This document shows positions 1-9,345 of a stretch of 64,000 nucleotides of DNA, piece by piece. The DNA comes from an uncultured Gammaproteobacteria bacterium (GTDB lineage: Bacteria; Patescibacteriota; Microgenomatia; UBA1406; HO2-37-13b), in NCBI GenBank assembly GCA_964422025.1, contig CAYQYZ010000007.1, positions 458 to 64,457 of the forward strand. Direction: 5' to 3'. The translations under genes and the position numbers were made by a program. The first letter of the stretch is position 1. The number at the start of each line of letters is the position of its first letter. The notes below the pieces were generated by a model. That model was not told the DNA's origin. It saw only the letters and a list, made by a program, of their open reading frames with translations, and ran no database searches.

Positions 1-425
1 TGTGGATATCTGTAACCCATGATAATAGAGTGATTCATTTAAACATCTGGGGTGGAATTAGGAGTGCCGGAATTTCTCAAGATACTCAAGATTCTGTAAA
101 AGGACGAGGGACCGGAATTACCCATGCTGCTCGAACCGACAGAGTAATAGATTCACCCACCTGGATTACTGCGAATGTTCAAAGGGGAGGCTTTCAAAAT
201 GTCGATGTACAATTAATCCTGGCTGGAACGAATATTCAATTAAATACTCTTTGGCTACCTACTGGACCGTACAAAGGTCCAAGAAAACAAGTAAATATAC
301 GTGACGATAAGGCGCCTGATGGGAGGTATGAAAAAGGAACGGCTTCTTATACAACGGACAGGCTAAGAAAGCTCTGTGAGCCACTCTTGCCTTTTAGGAC
401 AGCGTCGCCATTAAGAATAAGATAG
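1..425 (+). CDS. hypothetical protein, 3' part (frame open to window edge)
   Basis: The frame of ORF 30..425 stays open back to nt 3, so the gene probably starts upstream of the window. No motif recognised. Confidence 0.35.
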   Translation, partial: WISVTHDNRVIHLNIWGGIRSAGISQDTQDSVKGRGTGITHAARTDRVIDSPTWITANVQRGGFQNVDVQLILAGTNIQLNTLWLPTGPYKGPRKQVNIRDDKAPDGRYEKGTASYTTDRLRKLCEPLLPFRTASPLRIR

Positions 426-448
426 TAAAAAATATTTCCCCAAGATAA

Positions 449-844
449 TTATCCAAAATAATTCGTTTCTGGATTTCTGTCGATTAGTTCAAATGCTTTT
501 TTCATTTCTTCTGGTGTATTGATGTGAATTATTTTGAATTTTCCTGAAGTTGTTTTATTTACGTAATCATGAGTTATCTCCAAGACATGAATAAGTCCCC
601 AATAAATCCACTTTCCATTTCTATTTTCGACTAGAAAATTTCGAACAGGAGGTTGCTGAAAATTTCGAATTTGTGGTTTATTTTTAAACTCAAAAATTCT
701 TTCTTCAAAACTCTCAGTCGAGTAAGGAGATTCTATATGTGTTTCTAAAACAAGCTCTGCAGGAAATCCTTGCTCTTTTGTAATCTGCAGTGTGTCGTTG
801 TTTTCTGTAAAGCTTCCCATGGATGTTATTATACACCGATTCAT
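449..844 (-). CDS. hypothetical protein
   Basis: 131-aa ORF filling the gap between neighbours. No motif recognised. Confidence 0.45.
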   Translation of the reverse strand: MNRCIITSMGSFTENNDTLQITKEQGFPAELVLETHIESPYSTESFEERIFEFKNKPQIRNFQQPPVRNFLVENRNGKWIYWGLIHVLEITHDYVNKTTSGKFKIIHINTPEEMKKAFELIDRNPETNYFG

Positions 845-889
845 TTATGAGTAATTGTAAATAATTCAAATTTTCTGTAACATAACGGT

Positions 890-2128
890 ATGTCCAAGAC
901 ATACACGGTAATATTTCTCGCTTTTATTCTCCTTCTAGCCTCAGTTTTTGTATACAAACTTTCTCAACCAACACGCAAAGATAGTCGTGCTGCAAATAAG
1001 CCTTCAAAAACATATCAAAATGACCCCGTTCTTGAAAAAGTTGTAGCGAAAACGATGAGTATGTCAAATAATCCCAGTAGCGCTATGAATCAATGGGATT
1101 GGGAATCGGGAATTGCGCTTGCAGGTTTAATGAAGGCGTATGAGATTAATAAAGACGAGGCGATTTTGAACTATGTCGACTCTTGGATGAAGCAAAGAAT
1201 TAATGACATGAGTAAACCCAGTGGACGAGTAAATCCTATTACGATGCCACGAATGTATTCAACGACTTCATGTGAGGATCCAAAATGGGCGAGTTATTCT
1301 GATTGGCAGCATCAGGAGTATTTAAAATATGGCTATTGGCATCCTAACCGAGCATCACCTGTTTGGGCATTAACGCTGCTTTATAAATACCGGCCTTCAA
1401 AGGATTATTTTAATACGATTTCAAATCATATGGACCTCATGTTGAACCAGGCGTGTTCGGAAAATGGAACAATATTGCATACAGGTCGACAAGTATGGGA
1501 CGACACGCTTGCTATGGAAATACCACTTATGGCTCAATATGGAAAAACATTTCACAAACCCGAAGTTATTGATCGAGCCGTAAATGAATACTTAATCCAT
1601 GCTCAATATTTACTTGACCCTCAAACGGGTCTATGGTATCACGGATACGATTTTGAAACTAAGACTAATCGTACTGCAGGGTTTTGGGGCAGGGGTAACG
1701 GATGGGTAGTACTTTCCGGACTTGAGCTATTGGACGTGCTACCAATTAATCATTCCAAGCGAGCGACTATTGAAAGAATTTTACAACGTCAACTTACTAC
1801 GTTAACTAAATTACAAAATGCAAATGGTATGTGGCACACTGTGGTTAGCCGACCCGATTTTTATGTAGAAACTTCCGGGACAAGTGCCATTACGGCTGGA
1901 TTATTGTACGCTTCAAAAATGAGCTGGCAAAATCCAGACTTTGCTGCATCAGCCCAGCGAGGTTATAGGGCCGCAACAAGTAAGGTGAGTTCGGATGGTA
2001 CTGTAACTGGCGTATCATCGGGAACAGGGTTGCCGCTACAATCAATTGATCAATATAACGGAATTCCTGCAACCGACATAAAACCATATGGTCAAGGAAT
2101 GTTTCTAATGATGATGGCCCGAAAATAA
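890..2128 (+). CDS. glycoside hydrolase, GH88/GH105-like (unsaturated glucuronyl/rhamnogalacturonyl hydrolase family), membrane anchored
   Basis: N-terminal TM helix. WDWESGIALAGL and GFWGRGNGWVV motifs are typical of YteR/UGL-type hydrolases. TTGTAA-N17-TAACAT-N6-ATG lies upstream. Confidence 0.7.
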   Translation: MSKTYTVIFLAFILLLASVFVYKLSQPTRKDSRAANKPSKTYQNDPVLEKVVAKTMSMSNNPSSAMNQWDWESGIALAGLMKAYEINKDEAILNYVDSWMKQRINDMSKPSGRVNPITMPRMYSTTSCEDPKWASYSDWQHQEYLKYGYWHPNRASPVWALTLLYKYRPSKDYFNTISNHMDLMLNQACSENGTILHTGRQVWDDTLAMEIPLMAQYGKTFHKPEVIDRAVNEYLIHAQYLLDPQTGLWYHGYDFETKTNRTAGFWGRGNGWVVLSGLELLDVLPINHSKRATIERILQRQLTTLTKLQNANGMWHTVVSRPDFYVETSGTSAITAGLLYASKMSWQNPDFAASAQRGYRAATSKVSSDGTVTGVSSGTGLPLQSIDQYNGIPATDIKPYGQGMFLMMMARK

Positions 2129-2129
2129 T

Positions 2130-4121
2130 ATGAAAACCAAAGGAGAAATTGCCACAACGCTCTCGGTAATTGCGCTTATTATAATGAGCATCGGTGCTTT
2201 AATTGGCATGCGACAAACAATGAAGCAGCAACGACTCCCTAATGCGTCGGCCCAATTTGATCCTCCGCTGGCTGAAATAAATGTAGCTCGTCATGGTAGA
2301 CTGACGATTCAAAAAGGATCGTACTCAGTTACGAATGGAGTTTTTACATTTTTAGTAGAAGGAACATTTACGGCGGGAAATACTGTTATTCCTGGTTTCC
2401 GAGAAGTAATTTCATTAACAAATTCATCAAACATAACGGGGGGGTATGGAGGAGTCAAAAGAACATACATGTTTCCAAGCGAGACTCGATCGTTTACTAT
2501 GACTTTTTTTACTCGTAAGGATTATGCGTGTTCATCGATACCAGTAACCCTATATGTTAAAGGACCGTCGCAAAATAAAGTTGGTGAAGTAACGTTTGAT
2601 TTGCAAAAAATATGTGCACCGGCTGTTACTCCATCAATTGTACCGAGTACTGTTCCCACAGTAATTCCCCCAACCATTACAACAGCGGTTGCTACGATTC
2701 CTCCACAAAATCTAACAGGCATTCCCGCACCGAGTTTGATTCCTGCACCCAGTGCGACGCCTTCTAATCCAACACCCACTGTTAGAGCAAAGCCGCGTAT
2801 TAAAGTAACGTCTACAATCCAGAAACCTGATTTTTTCATGGGTTCAGAAGAGATTACATTTTATCTCTTCGAGTATAACCCTAACACCAATTCTGCACTG
2901 GAAGCAGGAGCCAGGCAAATTGATGTGAATACAGGCGTACCATCTCCAGACGGTTATAGCATAATGCTCGAACATATATTTGATGATTTGAAGTTGGATA
3001 AAAAATATGTTGTATCTGCGGCCGTCTTAACCATACCAGCGAATGGGCTCCCGAGCTGGTATGTCGAGCCGCCATCAACGCGTTGCTTGCATCCAGTCAA
3101 TGCTCCTGCAATGACAGGTGTCCGAAAAAATAGTCCTGAAGATTACTGCATTGTAAAAGCAACAGCCGATGGTTTGCCCGGTCAAGATTTCGGAAAAATA
3201 ACAGAAGTTACTGGACAGTTGCGAATCGAGGGTAAGTCTAGTCAAATGGTTCAAGAATTCTATGAGTTTTGGCCACGAATGTATACGACTCAATATGATT
3301 ATGAATCAACTATTCTTCAAAAAGATCTATCATATACTAATTTTCTTATTCCCCAAAGCGATAGCATTCGGGGGCTTATTACTCATGTTATTGATAATAG
3401 TCTACCGGGGAAACCAGAGTCTGTAATATCTTTGGATTTTTCAAGAAACAAACGAATATATGAAGGAGATTTCGTTTCAATTGGAATGCACTACTTAGAT
3501 TTCACCGATTCAAGTAACCCCCCAACCCTTATGGCGACAAATGCCCAAAACCACGTATGTAAAAAACCTGATTTCGGCGGCCCGTATTGCACTTTTACGG
3601 TACCAAAAGGAGGACTACATTTGAAGTTTACAACTGGCAACGCAACTCCGATTCAACCGATCGTAAATTTTCTATCTTCACGAGGTGCGGGGAAAGTAGC
3701 GGGAACAATAACGGTAAAAGGAGTATGTAATATTAGTTCTCAGATGAACTCGAAAATTACCGTACAGGTATATAAAGAATTTTTCGACAAGACTAAGCAA
3801 AGACACCCAAGTAGATATGACATTGTCGATAGAACAATTGTGCTTGATGATAAAACGGCGGTTACAACAGGAAATAATAACTGTCAGTATACGTATGAAG
3901 TTGCTGACTTGGAAGCTAATGCCACATATGCAATTGGTGTGAAAAAACAAAAAGATAGCCCAGCTGGAGTAAGAATGCCTGTGTATGAGCAAACGGAATT
4001 ACTGTCACCGCTCCAATCGTGCGCAAATCCATTTATTCCAGCAAGTTTTCTCGAAGATTCGAAAAAATTCTGTAAGTTTTCCGCAAAAGAAGTAGCTCCG
4101 GTTATAGACTTTGTGCAATAG
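2130..4121 (+). CDS. membrane-anchored surface protein with Pro/Thr/Ile-rich linker
   Basis: 663 aa with an N-terminal TM helix and a low-complexity PT-rich segment (PSIVPSTVPTVIPPTITT...). It starts 2 nt after the upstream stop. No known domain recognised. Confidence 0.6.
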   Translation: MKTKGEIATTLSVIALIIMSIGALIGMRQTMKQQRLPNASAQFDPPLAEINVARHGRLTIQKGSYSVTNGVFTFLVEGTFTAGNTVIPGFREVISLTNSSNITGGYGGVKRTYMFPSETRSFTMTFFTRKDYACSSIPVTLYVKGPSQNKVGEVTFDLQKICAPAVTPSIVPSTVPTVIPPTITTAVATIPPQNLTGIPAPSLIPAPSATPSNPTPTVRAKPRIKVTSTIQKPDFFMGSEEITFYLFEYNPNTNSALEAGARQIDVNTGVPSPDGYSIMLEHIFDDLKLDKKYVVSAAVLTIPANGLPSWYVEPPSTRCLHPVNAPAMTGVRKNSPEDYCIVKATADGLPGQDFGKITEVTGQLRIEGKSSQMVQEFYEFWPRMYTTQYDYESTILQKDLSYTNFLIPQSDSIRGLITHVIDNSLPGKPESVISLDFSRNKRIYEGDFVSIGMHYLDFTDSSNPPTLMATNAQNHVCKKPDFGGPYCTFTVPKGGLHLKFTTGNATPIQPIVNFLSSRGAGKVAGTITVKGVCNISSQMNSKITVQVYKEFFDKTKQRHPSRYDIVDRTIVLDDKTAVTTGNNNCQYTYEVADLEANATYAIGVKKQKDSPAGVRMPVYEQTELLSPLQSCANPFIPASFLEDSKKFCKFSAKEVAPVIDFVQ

Positions 4122-4180
4122 AGTCGATGCGCTTTTTATTATAATTCAGGAAACGAAGTCTGATAGAATAGGGAAGCGAT

Positions 4181-4720
4181 ATGGATAAGAAATTACAAGA
4201 ACACCTATTGAACGTAATCACCCCTGAAATCATTGATAGCTTTGAACTCGATCGTTTTGTAAATCGAATTAATAAAGGAGATCTGCTGCGTGAAACAAAT
4301 CCAATCTCCCATTGCTGCGCTATGATTGTTGTATACGATGAAATAGAGCGAAAAGTTTTTGCTGTTAACCATCGAAAAGCTGGGATGTGGTTATTTCCGG
4401 GAGGGCATATTGAAGCGAATGAATTACCTAAAGAAAATGTAGTTCGAGAAATTAAAGAAGAGCTCGGTCTGGATATTGCTATCGCGGATATTAAGGGACC
4501 ATTTGGACTGCAAATTATTGATATAGAAAACCCGAAAGTTGCATGTAAAGAGCATTATGATTGTTTTTATGTTCTGGAAAAACCTGATCAAGAAATGGTA
4601 GTTGACGAGCGCGAAAGTTCAGATTCCGGTTGGTTTACGATTCCCGAGGCTCTTGAGAAAATAGAGGATAGTTATTACAAGCGCTCTGTTGAAAAGTTTG
4701 TAAAGTTTATGGGATGGTAA
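4181..4720 (+). CDS. NUDIX hydrolase
   Basis: Nudix box GGHIEANELPKENVVREIKEELGL (GX5EX7REUXEEXGU). Confidence 0.8.
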   Translation: MDKKLQEHLLNVITPEIIDSFELDRFVNRINKGDLLRETNPISHCCAMIVVYDEIERKVFAVNHRKAGMWLFPGGHIEANELPKENVVREIKEELGLDIAIADIKGPFGLQIIDIENPKVACKEHYDCFYVLEKPDQEMVVDERESSDSGWFTIPEALEKIEDSYYKRSVEKFVKFMGW

Positions 4721-4782
4721 GTGACGAATTAAGTGGTATAAAGCCATTTTTATGTTTTTGTAGCGCTCCAAACAAGTAAAAA

Positions 4783-4807
4783 TGTGACTTCTAGTCCGTA
4801 GACATTC
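4783..4807 (+). repeat. 25-nt exact repeat TGTGACTTCTAGTCCGTAGACATTC (copy 1)
   Basis: Identical to the reverse complement of 37974..37998. Contains the GACT-TCT-AGTC tri-loop hairpin followed by C-GTAG and a TAGACA -35-like box. Confidence 0.8.
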
Positions 4808-4836
4808 ACGGTTTCATTTATTACAATCCGGGACAT

Positions 4837-5004
4837 ATGAAAAACGATGTAATATTGCACGATTGTCCGGTTTGCCGAGTGTTAAATCAGGCAGAAAATA
4901 ACCGCCAAGATATTTCACTAGTCGAGCTTAAAATCTCATTCAAAAGCTCTCACGATGATTTTGACGATGATATGGATTGGGTAAATGATACCCCGGAAGA
5001 TTAA
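4837..5004 (+). CDS. small hypothetical protein (55 aa, CPxC motif, acidic tail)
   Basis: Not in the ORF track (<60 aa). TAGACA-N17-TACAAT lies 9 nt upstream. Its stop overlaps the AAGGAG ribosome-binding site of the next gene. Confidence 0.3.
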   Translation: MKNDVILHDCPVCRVLNQAENNRQDISLVELKISFKSSHDDFDDDMDWVNDTPED

Positions 5005-5015
5005 GGAGTATACTG

Positions 5016-6230
5016 ATGAATATGACAGCGCACGAATTACGCACTAAATTCGGCAAAAAAGCAATTGTCACTCTGTTGGTTACGGGAGTATTGATTGCAT
5101 CGACTGGATTTTTTGCACGCAGAACACTTACATTAAACTCCACTGTTTCCATTCTACACGCAAACGAACGATCTCTTGCAGACAAACTCTCTATTACCCT
5201 CAGCAGTCTAAAACAATCTCAACAAGAACTTGCCGATCTTCAAAATCAGGATCAATATAAAATAAATCAAGATTTAGAAAAAACTATCATGGCAATAGAA
5301 AGTTCGTATAAAAAAAGCGTGGCTGTGTACGAATCGTTTATCAAGCTCAAAGAGAGTGGGGTAAAAACTGCAAAATTAGATGATACATATGTTACGGCTC
5401 TTAATCACCTAGTAAAAAGAGAGTATGCGTCCGCGGAGGCAACGCTTGCAAAGCTCCAAAAAGATATTGCTAGCCAACAAGCTAGTATTGCTTCATCATT
5501 CTCAATTCCAGCGAATGTAGTTGCAGATAACGCTCCTCCAGGTGCCGGATACCGTCGTCAAAAAGTTTCGGCGGATATTGGAGAATATTTAGTCGATATT
5601 ATTTCGGCCGACCTAAACTCCACACGGGTTATAGTCGACACTGCTTCTGACGGTGATTGTAAGGATAATTGCCCTGTACTCTCACTCGCCGAGTACGCTG
5701 CACGAAGTGGTGGATTTGCGGCAATTAATGGTCCGTACTTTTGCCCTGCGTCGTACCCAGGTTGTGCGGGAAAAACGAACTCTTTTGATACTCTCATAAT
5801 GAATAAAGCAAAACATTACTTTAACTCAGACAATAATGTGTACAGTAATGTTCCTGCAGTTATTTTTTCGGGCGGTTCTGCACGATTTGTAGGGCAATCA
5901 TCACAGTGGGGTCGCGATACGGGTGTGGACGCGGTTATAGCCAGCCAACCCATGCTTCTTTCGGGTGGAAATATAGTTTTTGGTGGTGATGGCGAACCTA
6001 AACGGGGAAGCAAAGGCCCACGAAGCTTTATTGGAGCAAGTGGGTCAATCGTTTATATTGGTGTCGTTCATAACGCCACGGTTGCTGAAGTTGCGCACGT
6101 TTTAAAGGCTCTGGGTTTGCAAAACGCACTTAATTTAGACAGTGGCGCTTCAACCGGTTTATGGAATGGCGGGTATGTAATCCCACAGGGACGAACGACT
6201 CCGTTTGGAATTATTCTACAAAGAAAATGA
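5016..6230 (+). CDS. phosphodiester glycosidase (NAGPA/DUF2233) family protein, membrane anchored
   Basis: N-terminal TM helix plus a coiled-coil region. AINGPYF and NALNLDSGAS motifs are typical of DUF2233. AAGGAG SD lies 7 nt upstream. Confidence 0.7.
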   Translation: MNMTAHELRTKFGKKAIVTLLVTGVLIASTGFFARRTLTLNSTVSILHANERSLADKLSITLSSLKQSQQELADLQNQDQYKINQDLEKTIMAIESSYKKSVAVYESFIKLKESGVKTAKLDDTYVTALNHLVKREYASAEATLAKLQKDIASQQASIASSFSIPANVVADNAPPGAGYRRQKVSADIGEYLVDIISADLNSTRVIVDTASDGDCKDNCPVLSLAEYAARSGGFAAINGPYFCPASYPGCAGKTNSFDTLIMNKAKHYFNSDNNVYSNVPAVIFSGGSARFVGQSSQWGRDTGVDAVIASQPMLLSGGNIVFGGDGEPKRGSKGPRSFIGASGSIVYIGVVHNATVAEVAHVLKALGLQNALNLDSGASTGLWNGGYVIPQGRTTPFGIILQRK

Positions 6231-6248
6231 TCCGCCCGCCAGCGGATC
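6229..6248 (+). terminator. GC-rich stem-loop overlapping the stop codon (GATCCGC-N6-GCGGATC)
   Basis: Perfect 7-bp stem read from the sequence. There is no clear U-tract, so terminator function is uncertain. Confidence 0.35.
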
Positions 6249-6270
6249 TTGTCAGGACAATAAATACCTC

Positions 6271-6298
6271 TTGACAATGCGTTGCAATGAGCTATACT
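6271..6298 (+). promoter_or_regulatory. sigma70-type promoter TTGACA-N16-TATACT
   Basis: Near-consensus hexamers about 165 nt upstream of the response-regulator start. Confidence 0.5.
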
Positions 6299-6328
6299 AT
6301 GGGCGGTTATTGAGACTATTCGTTTCAC

Positions 6329-6463
6329 ATGACAAACTCGTCGGATAATAATCGATACGGCGTATATCTTCTCTTACTCTCCCTTGTATTCCTAAAAATT
6401 TCTCCTACACCCGGGCAGAAACCTCTGGACGGCGCCTTTATTAAAATTCCCATTATTCACTGA
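6329..6463 (+). CDS. possible 44-aa leader/small membrane peptide
   Basis: ATG..TGA ORF MTNSSDNNRYGVYLLLLSLVFLKISPTPGQ... with one hydrophobic helix. Its stop lies 1 nt before the regulator ATG. Speculative. Confidence 0.25.
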   Translation: MTNSSDNNRYGVYLLLLSLVFLKISPTPGQKPLDGAFIKIPIIH

Positions 6464-6464
6464 T

Positions 6465-7130
6465 ATGAATATCCTCCTTATTGAAGACACCAATAAGGAG
6501 GCGCTTGCAATTAAGCAAGAACTTGATCGTATGTACGCGACTACGTTGCTTTCGGGGCATGCGAGTTTTCGGTACATGCATTTTATACGCAATTTCGACC
6601 TAGTAATTGTGAATTATTTATTTTGTAAAACCGACAAAATTAGTATTTGTAAAGCGATTCGAAATTACGATCCTAATATTCCAATAATGGTTTTGGGGCG
6701 AACATACAATGTTTCTTATAAAGTTTCATTACTTGATTCCGGGGCGGATGATTTCTTAATAAAACCGTTTGCTGTTGCAGAGCTTCATGCGCGGGTACGA
6801 GCGCTGCTTCGCCGACGTAAAAAAAGTAGTGTTCATACGCTTTTGCGCGTTCAAGATTTGATTTTTGACACGGCTACTAAAAAAGCGTTTCGTGGGAAAA
6901 AGTATTTGCCAATGCGACCAAAAGAGATTAAGATTCTAGAATATTTGCTTGAGAATGCAGGACGAGTTATCTCGCGCGGGATGATTTTGGATCATGTATG
7001 GAATGGAGACTATGAAACATACGAAAATGTGGTAGCCGTGCATATGAAACACTTACGCGATAAAATCGATGGTGGGTTTCCAAATAAACTTATTAAAACC
7101 GTGTATGGATTTGGTTACACAATCGAATAA
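6465..7130 (+). CDS. OmpR/PhoB-family response regulator, atypical receiver (Asn at phospho-acceptor position)
   Basis: Receiver domain plus winged helix (LIKTVYGFGYTIE). By-eye alignment to PhoB puts DLVIVNYLF opposite DLILLDWML (D->N) and VLGRT opposite MLTAR (T->G). The conserved Lys (IKPF) is kept. Confidence 0.85.
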   Translation: MNILLIEDTNKEALAIKQELDRMYATTLLSGHASFRYMHFIRNFDLVIVNYLFCKTDKISICKAIRNYDPNIPIMVLGRTYNVSYKVSLLDSGADDFLIKPFAVAELHARVRALLRRRKKSSVHTLLRVQDLIFDTATKKAFRGKKYLPMRPKEIKILEYLLENAGRVISRGMILDHVWNGDYETYENVVAVHMKHLRDKIDGGFPNKLIKTVYGFGYTIE

Positions 7131-7579
7131 GTCGCAAGAATTTTTTCTGTCCAACTTTCAAGTAAGTTATTATGAAGCGTTTCATCTCTATAGTAGCTGT
7201 CAATACGTAATGAAGGGGATAGGAGTATACCACCGTTATCTTTTACAAATCGCTCAAGTCGCTCCACAGCGCCACAAAAGTACAAATAGGTGCTGTCGCC
7301 CAGGCCAAATACAGCGCATTTCTTGCCTTTTAGAGAGCCGCCCGAGTAATTTTGTACAAATTCTTTAAAACTTGTTTGTAATTCTCCTTCGGCGCCTTTG
7401 TAGTTCCAACTAGGGGAAGCGAAGATGATCAGGTCATACTCTTTGAGAGCGTTTGAAGATAGCTCTTCGATCTCTTTGCAAGTCACAGTATGTCGTTTGC
7501 TTTTAAGCGCATTTTCAACAGTTTGAGTAGCAAAAAATGTTCCTCCAGAATTAGTTGCGTAGGCAATAAGAACCTTCAT
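7115..7579 (-). CDS. flavodoxin
   Basis: MKVLIAYATNSGGT FMN-binding N-terminus, plus IFASPSW and FGLGDS motifs. Confidence 0.7.
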   Translation of the reverse strand: MKVLIAYATNSGGTFFATQTVENALKSKRHTVTCKEIEELSSNALKEYDLIIFASPSWNYKGAEGELQTSFKEFVQNYSGGSLKGKKCAVFGLGDSTYLYFCGAVERLERFVKDNGGILLSPSLRIDSYYRDETLHNNLLESWTEKILATYSIV

Positions 7580-7586
7580 TCATTGA

Positions 7587-8690
7587 TTATACCCCAATCT
7601 TGAATTCGACTACATCACCATCTTTCATAATATAATCTTTTCCAGCAAGTGTGACTTTTCCTTTTTCGCGGGCACCAACCCAGCCTTTAAGCGCCACAAA
7701 GTCGGCAAAAGAAGAAATTTCAGCTTTAATGAAATTTTTCATAAAGTCAGTATGAATTTCTCCACTGGCTTGCACGGCGTTTGCGCCACGTCGAATGGTC
7801 CATGCTCGAACTTCTTTTTCACCTGCTGTTAGAAATGAGATCAAGCCAAGTAATTCATATGTTTTTTGAATGAGGCGATTAAGTCCGGTCTCTTGCAGAC
7901 CATATTGATTCAAGTACTCCTTTTGCTCTTCAGGGGCAAGTTCTACAATATCGTTTTCGAGTTTGGCGCAGAGGTATAAATACTCCGAGCTACCCTTGTC
8001 ATCCTGAACTTGTTTCAGGATCTCCGCTATCTTAATCTCTGTCCCTTCCTTATCTTCCAACTGGCCCTCAGACGTATTAAATACAAACAAAACTGGCTTC
8101 ATGGACAGTAAATTCAATTGTTTAATCGCTTCTTTTTCATCATCTTCTAACTCAACATTGCGAGCTGATGTTCCTGCATCAAGCGCGGTTCGAAGTTTTT
8201 TTACAACCTCGAAGGTTGCTAGGTCTTCTTTAGACGCATTTCCCTTAGGTTCCTTGTATTTCTCAAGTGTTGCCAAGTCTGCCAGTATAAGCTCGGTATT
8301 AATCGTTGCAATGTCCGAAGACGGATCGATTTTATCGGAAACGTGGGTGATTGTAGAATCTTCAAAAATTCGAACTACATGGACTATCGCTTCCACTTCA
8401 CGAATGTGTGATAAAAATTTATTTCCGAGTCCTTCACCTTTGGAAGCTCCAGCCACAAGCCCTGCTATGTCGTAAAATTCAACAACAGCTGGTACGAGTG
8501 GGGGGTTGTTGGGGAAAACGGTTGCCAGAGCCGCCAGGCGATCATCGGGGACCTCAACAATACCCACATTAGGCTCAATGGTTGCAAACGGGTAATTAGC
8601 CGCATACGCGACCTGTTTCTTTAAGAGAGCGTTAAAAAGAGTACTTTTTCCAACATTTGGGAGTCCAATAATTCCACAAGAAAGTTTCAT
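7587..8690 (-). CDS. ychF: ribosome-binding ATPase YchF
   Basis: GLPNVGKSTLFNAL P-loop and YchF-type C-terminus. Start placed at Met8 because TATAAT (8700..8705) lies between Met1 and Met8. Confidence 0.9.
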   Translation of the reverse strand: MKLSCGIIGLPNVGKSTLFNALLKKQVAYAANYPFATIEPNVGIVEVPDDRLAALATVFPNNPPLVPAVVEFYDIAGLVAGASKGEGLGNKFLSHIREVEAIVHVVRIFEDSTITHVSDKIDPSSDIATINTELILADLATLEKYKEPKGNASKEDLATFEVVKKLRTALDAGTSARNVELEDDEKEAIKQLNLLSMKPVLFVFNTSEGQLEDKEGTEIKIAEILKQVQDDKGSSEYLYLCAKLENDIVELAPEEQKEYLNQYGLQETGLNRLIQKTYELLGLISFLTAGEKEVRAWTIRRGANAVQASGEIHTDFMKNFIKAEISSFADFVALKGWVGAREKGKVTLAGKDYIMKDGDVVEFKIGV

Positions 8691-8790
8691 AGTGCTTGAA
8701 TTATAGCACAAAAACGGTCTAAGCCGGATTAGGACTAGCCTAAGGTTTCGACCGACCGCGAACGCCAGTCATTTTTTGTATAATCATGAT

Positions 8791-9339
8791 ATGAAACAGT
8801 CAATAACTTTTATTACGGGTAACCAGCATAAAGCAAATCAACTAGGTAAATATTTGGGTGTTCCAATTGATCACGAAAAAATTGATCTTGACGAAATTCA
8901 GTCAATGGATTTGAGCGAAATAGTAGCACATAAGCTTAAAGAGGCGTTTAATCATATAAAGTCTCCGGTTATTGTCGACGATGTAGCCTTATCGTTTGAT
9001 GCGCTTAATGGATTGCCTGGACCATTTACTAAATTTTTTGAAAATCAGTTAGGTTTGGACGGAATGTGTAAACTCATGTCACATTACGATGATAAATCTA
9101 CCCAAACAACGGTTGCTATTGGATATTATGATGGAGAGCATAAGGAAATTTTTGCCGGCACTGTTGAAGGTACTATCTCAGACTCACCACAGGGTAGCGG
9201 TGGATTTGGTTTTGATCCAATATTGATTCCTAATGGATATTCCCAAACTCGCGCAGAAATGAATGAGACTGATTATGATGCAACGAGTCCTCGAAAGTTT
9301 GCACTGGAAAAACTTGAGAAATATTTGAAGTCAAAGTAG
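8791..9339 (+). CDS. rdgB: non-canonical purine NTP pyrophosphatase (RdgB/HAM1 family)
   Basis: ITFITGNQHK N-terminus and FGFDPI motif. TGTATAAT lies 6 nt upstream of ATG 8791. Confidence 0.85.
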   Translation: MKQSITFITGNQHKANQLGKYLGVPIDHEKIDLDEIQSMDLSEIVAHKLKEAFNHIKSPVIVDDVALSFDALNGLPGPFTKFFENQLGLDGMCKLMSHYDDKSTQTTVAIGYYDGEHKEIFAGTVEGTISDSPQGSGGFGFDPILIPNGYSQTRAEMNETDYDATSPRKFALEKLEKYLKSK

Positions 9340-9345
9340 ATCTTC

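Noticed and set aside
7069-7368. Plus-strand 99-aa ORF continuing after the response regulator.
   Set aside because: It is antisense to the flavodoxin gene, which has clear FMN-binding motifs. It overlaps the regulator's 3' end out of frame.
8101-8475. Long antisense ORFs inside well-supported genes (for example 8101..8475, 9848..10252, 11227..11490, 28429..28953, 39039..39428, 48843..49394 and 58197..58661).
   Set aside because: Each lies fully within, and antisense to, a gene with clear family motifs. Their sequences are Ser/low-complexity-rich mirror translations with no start context.
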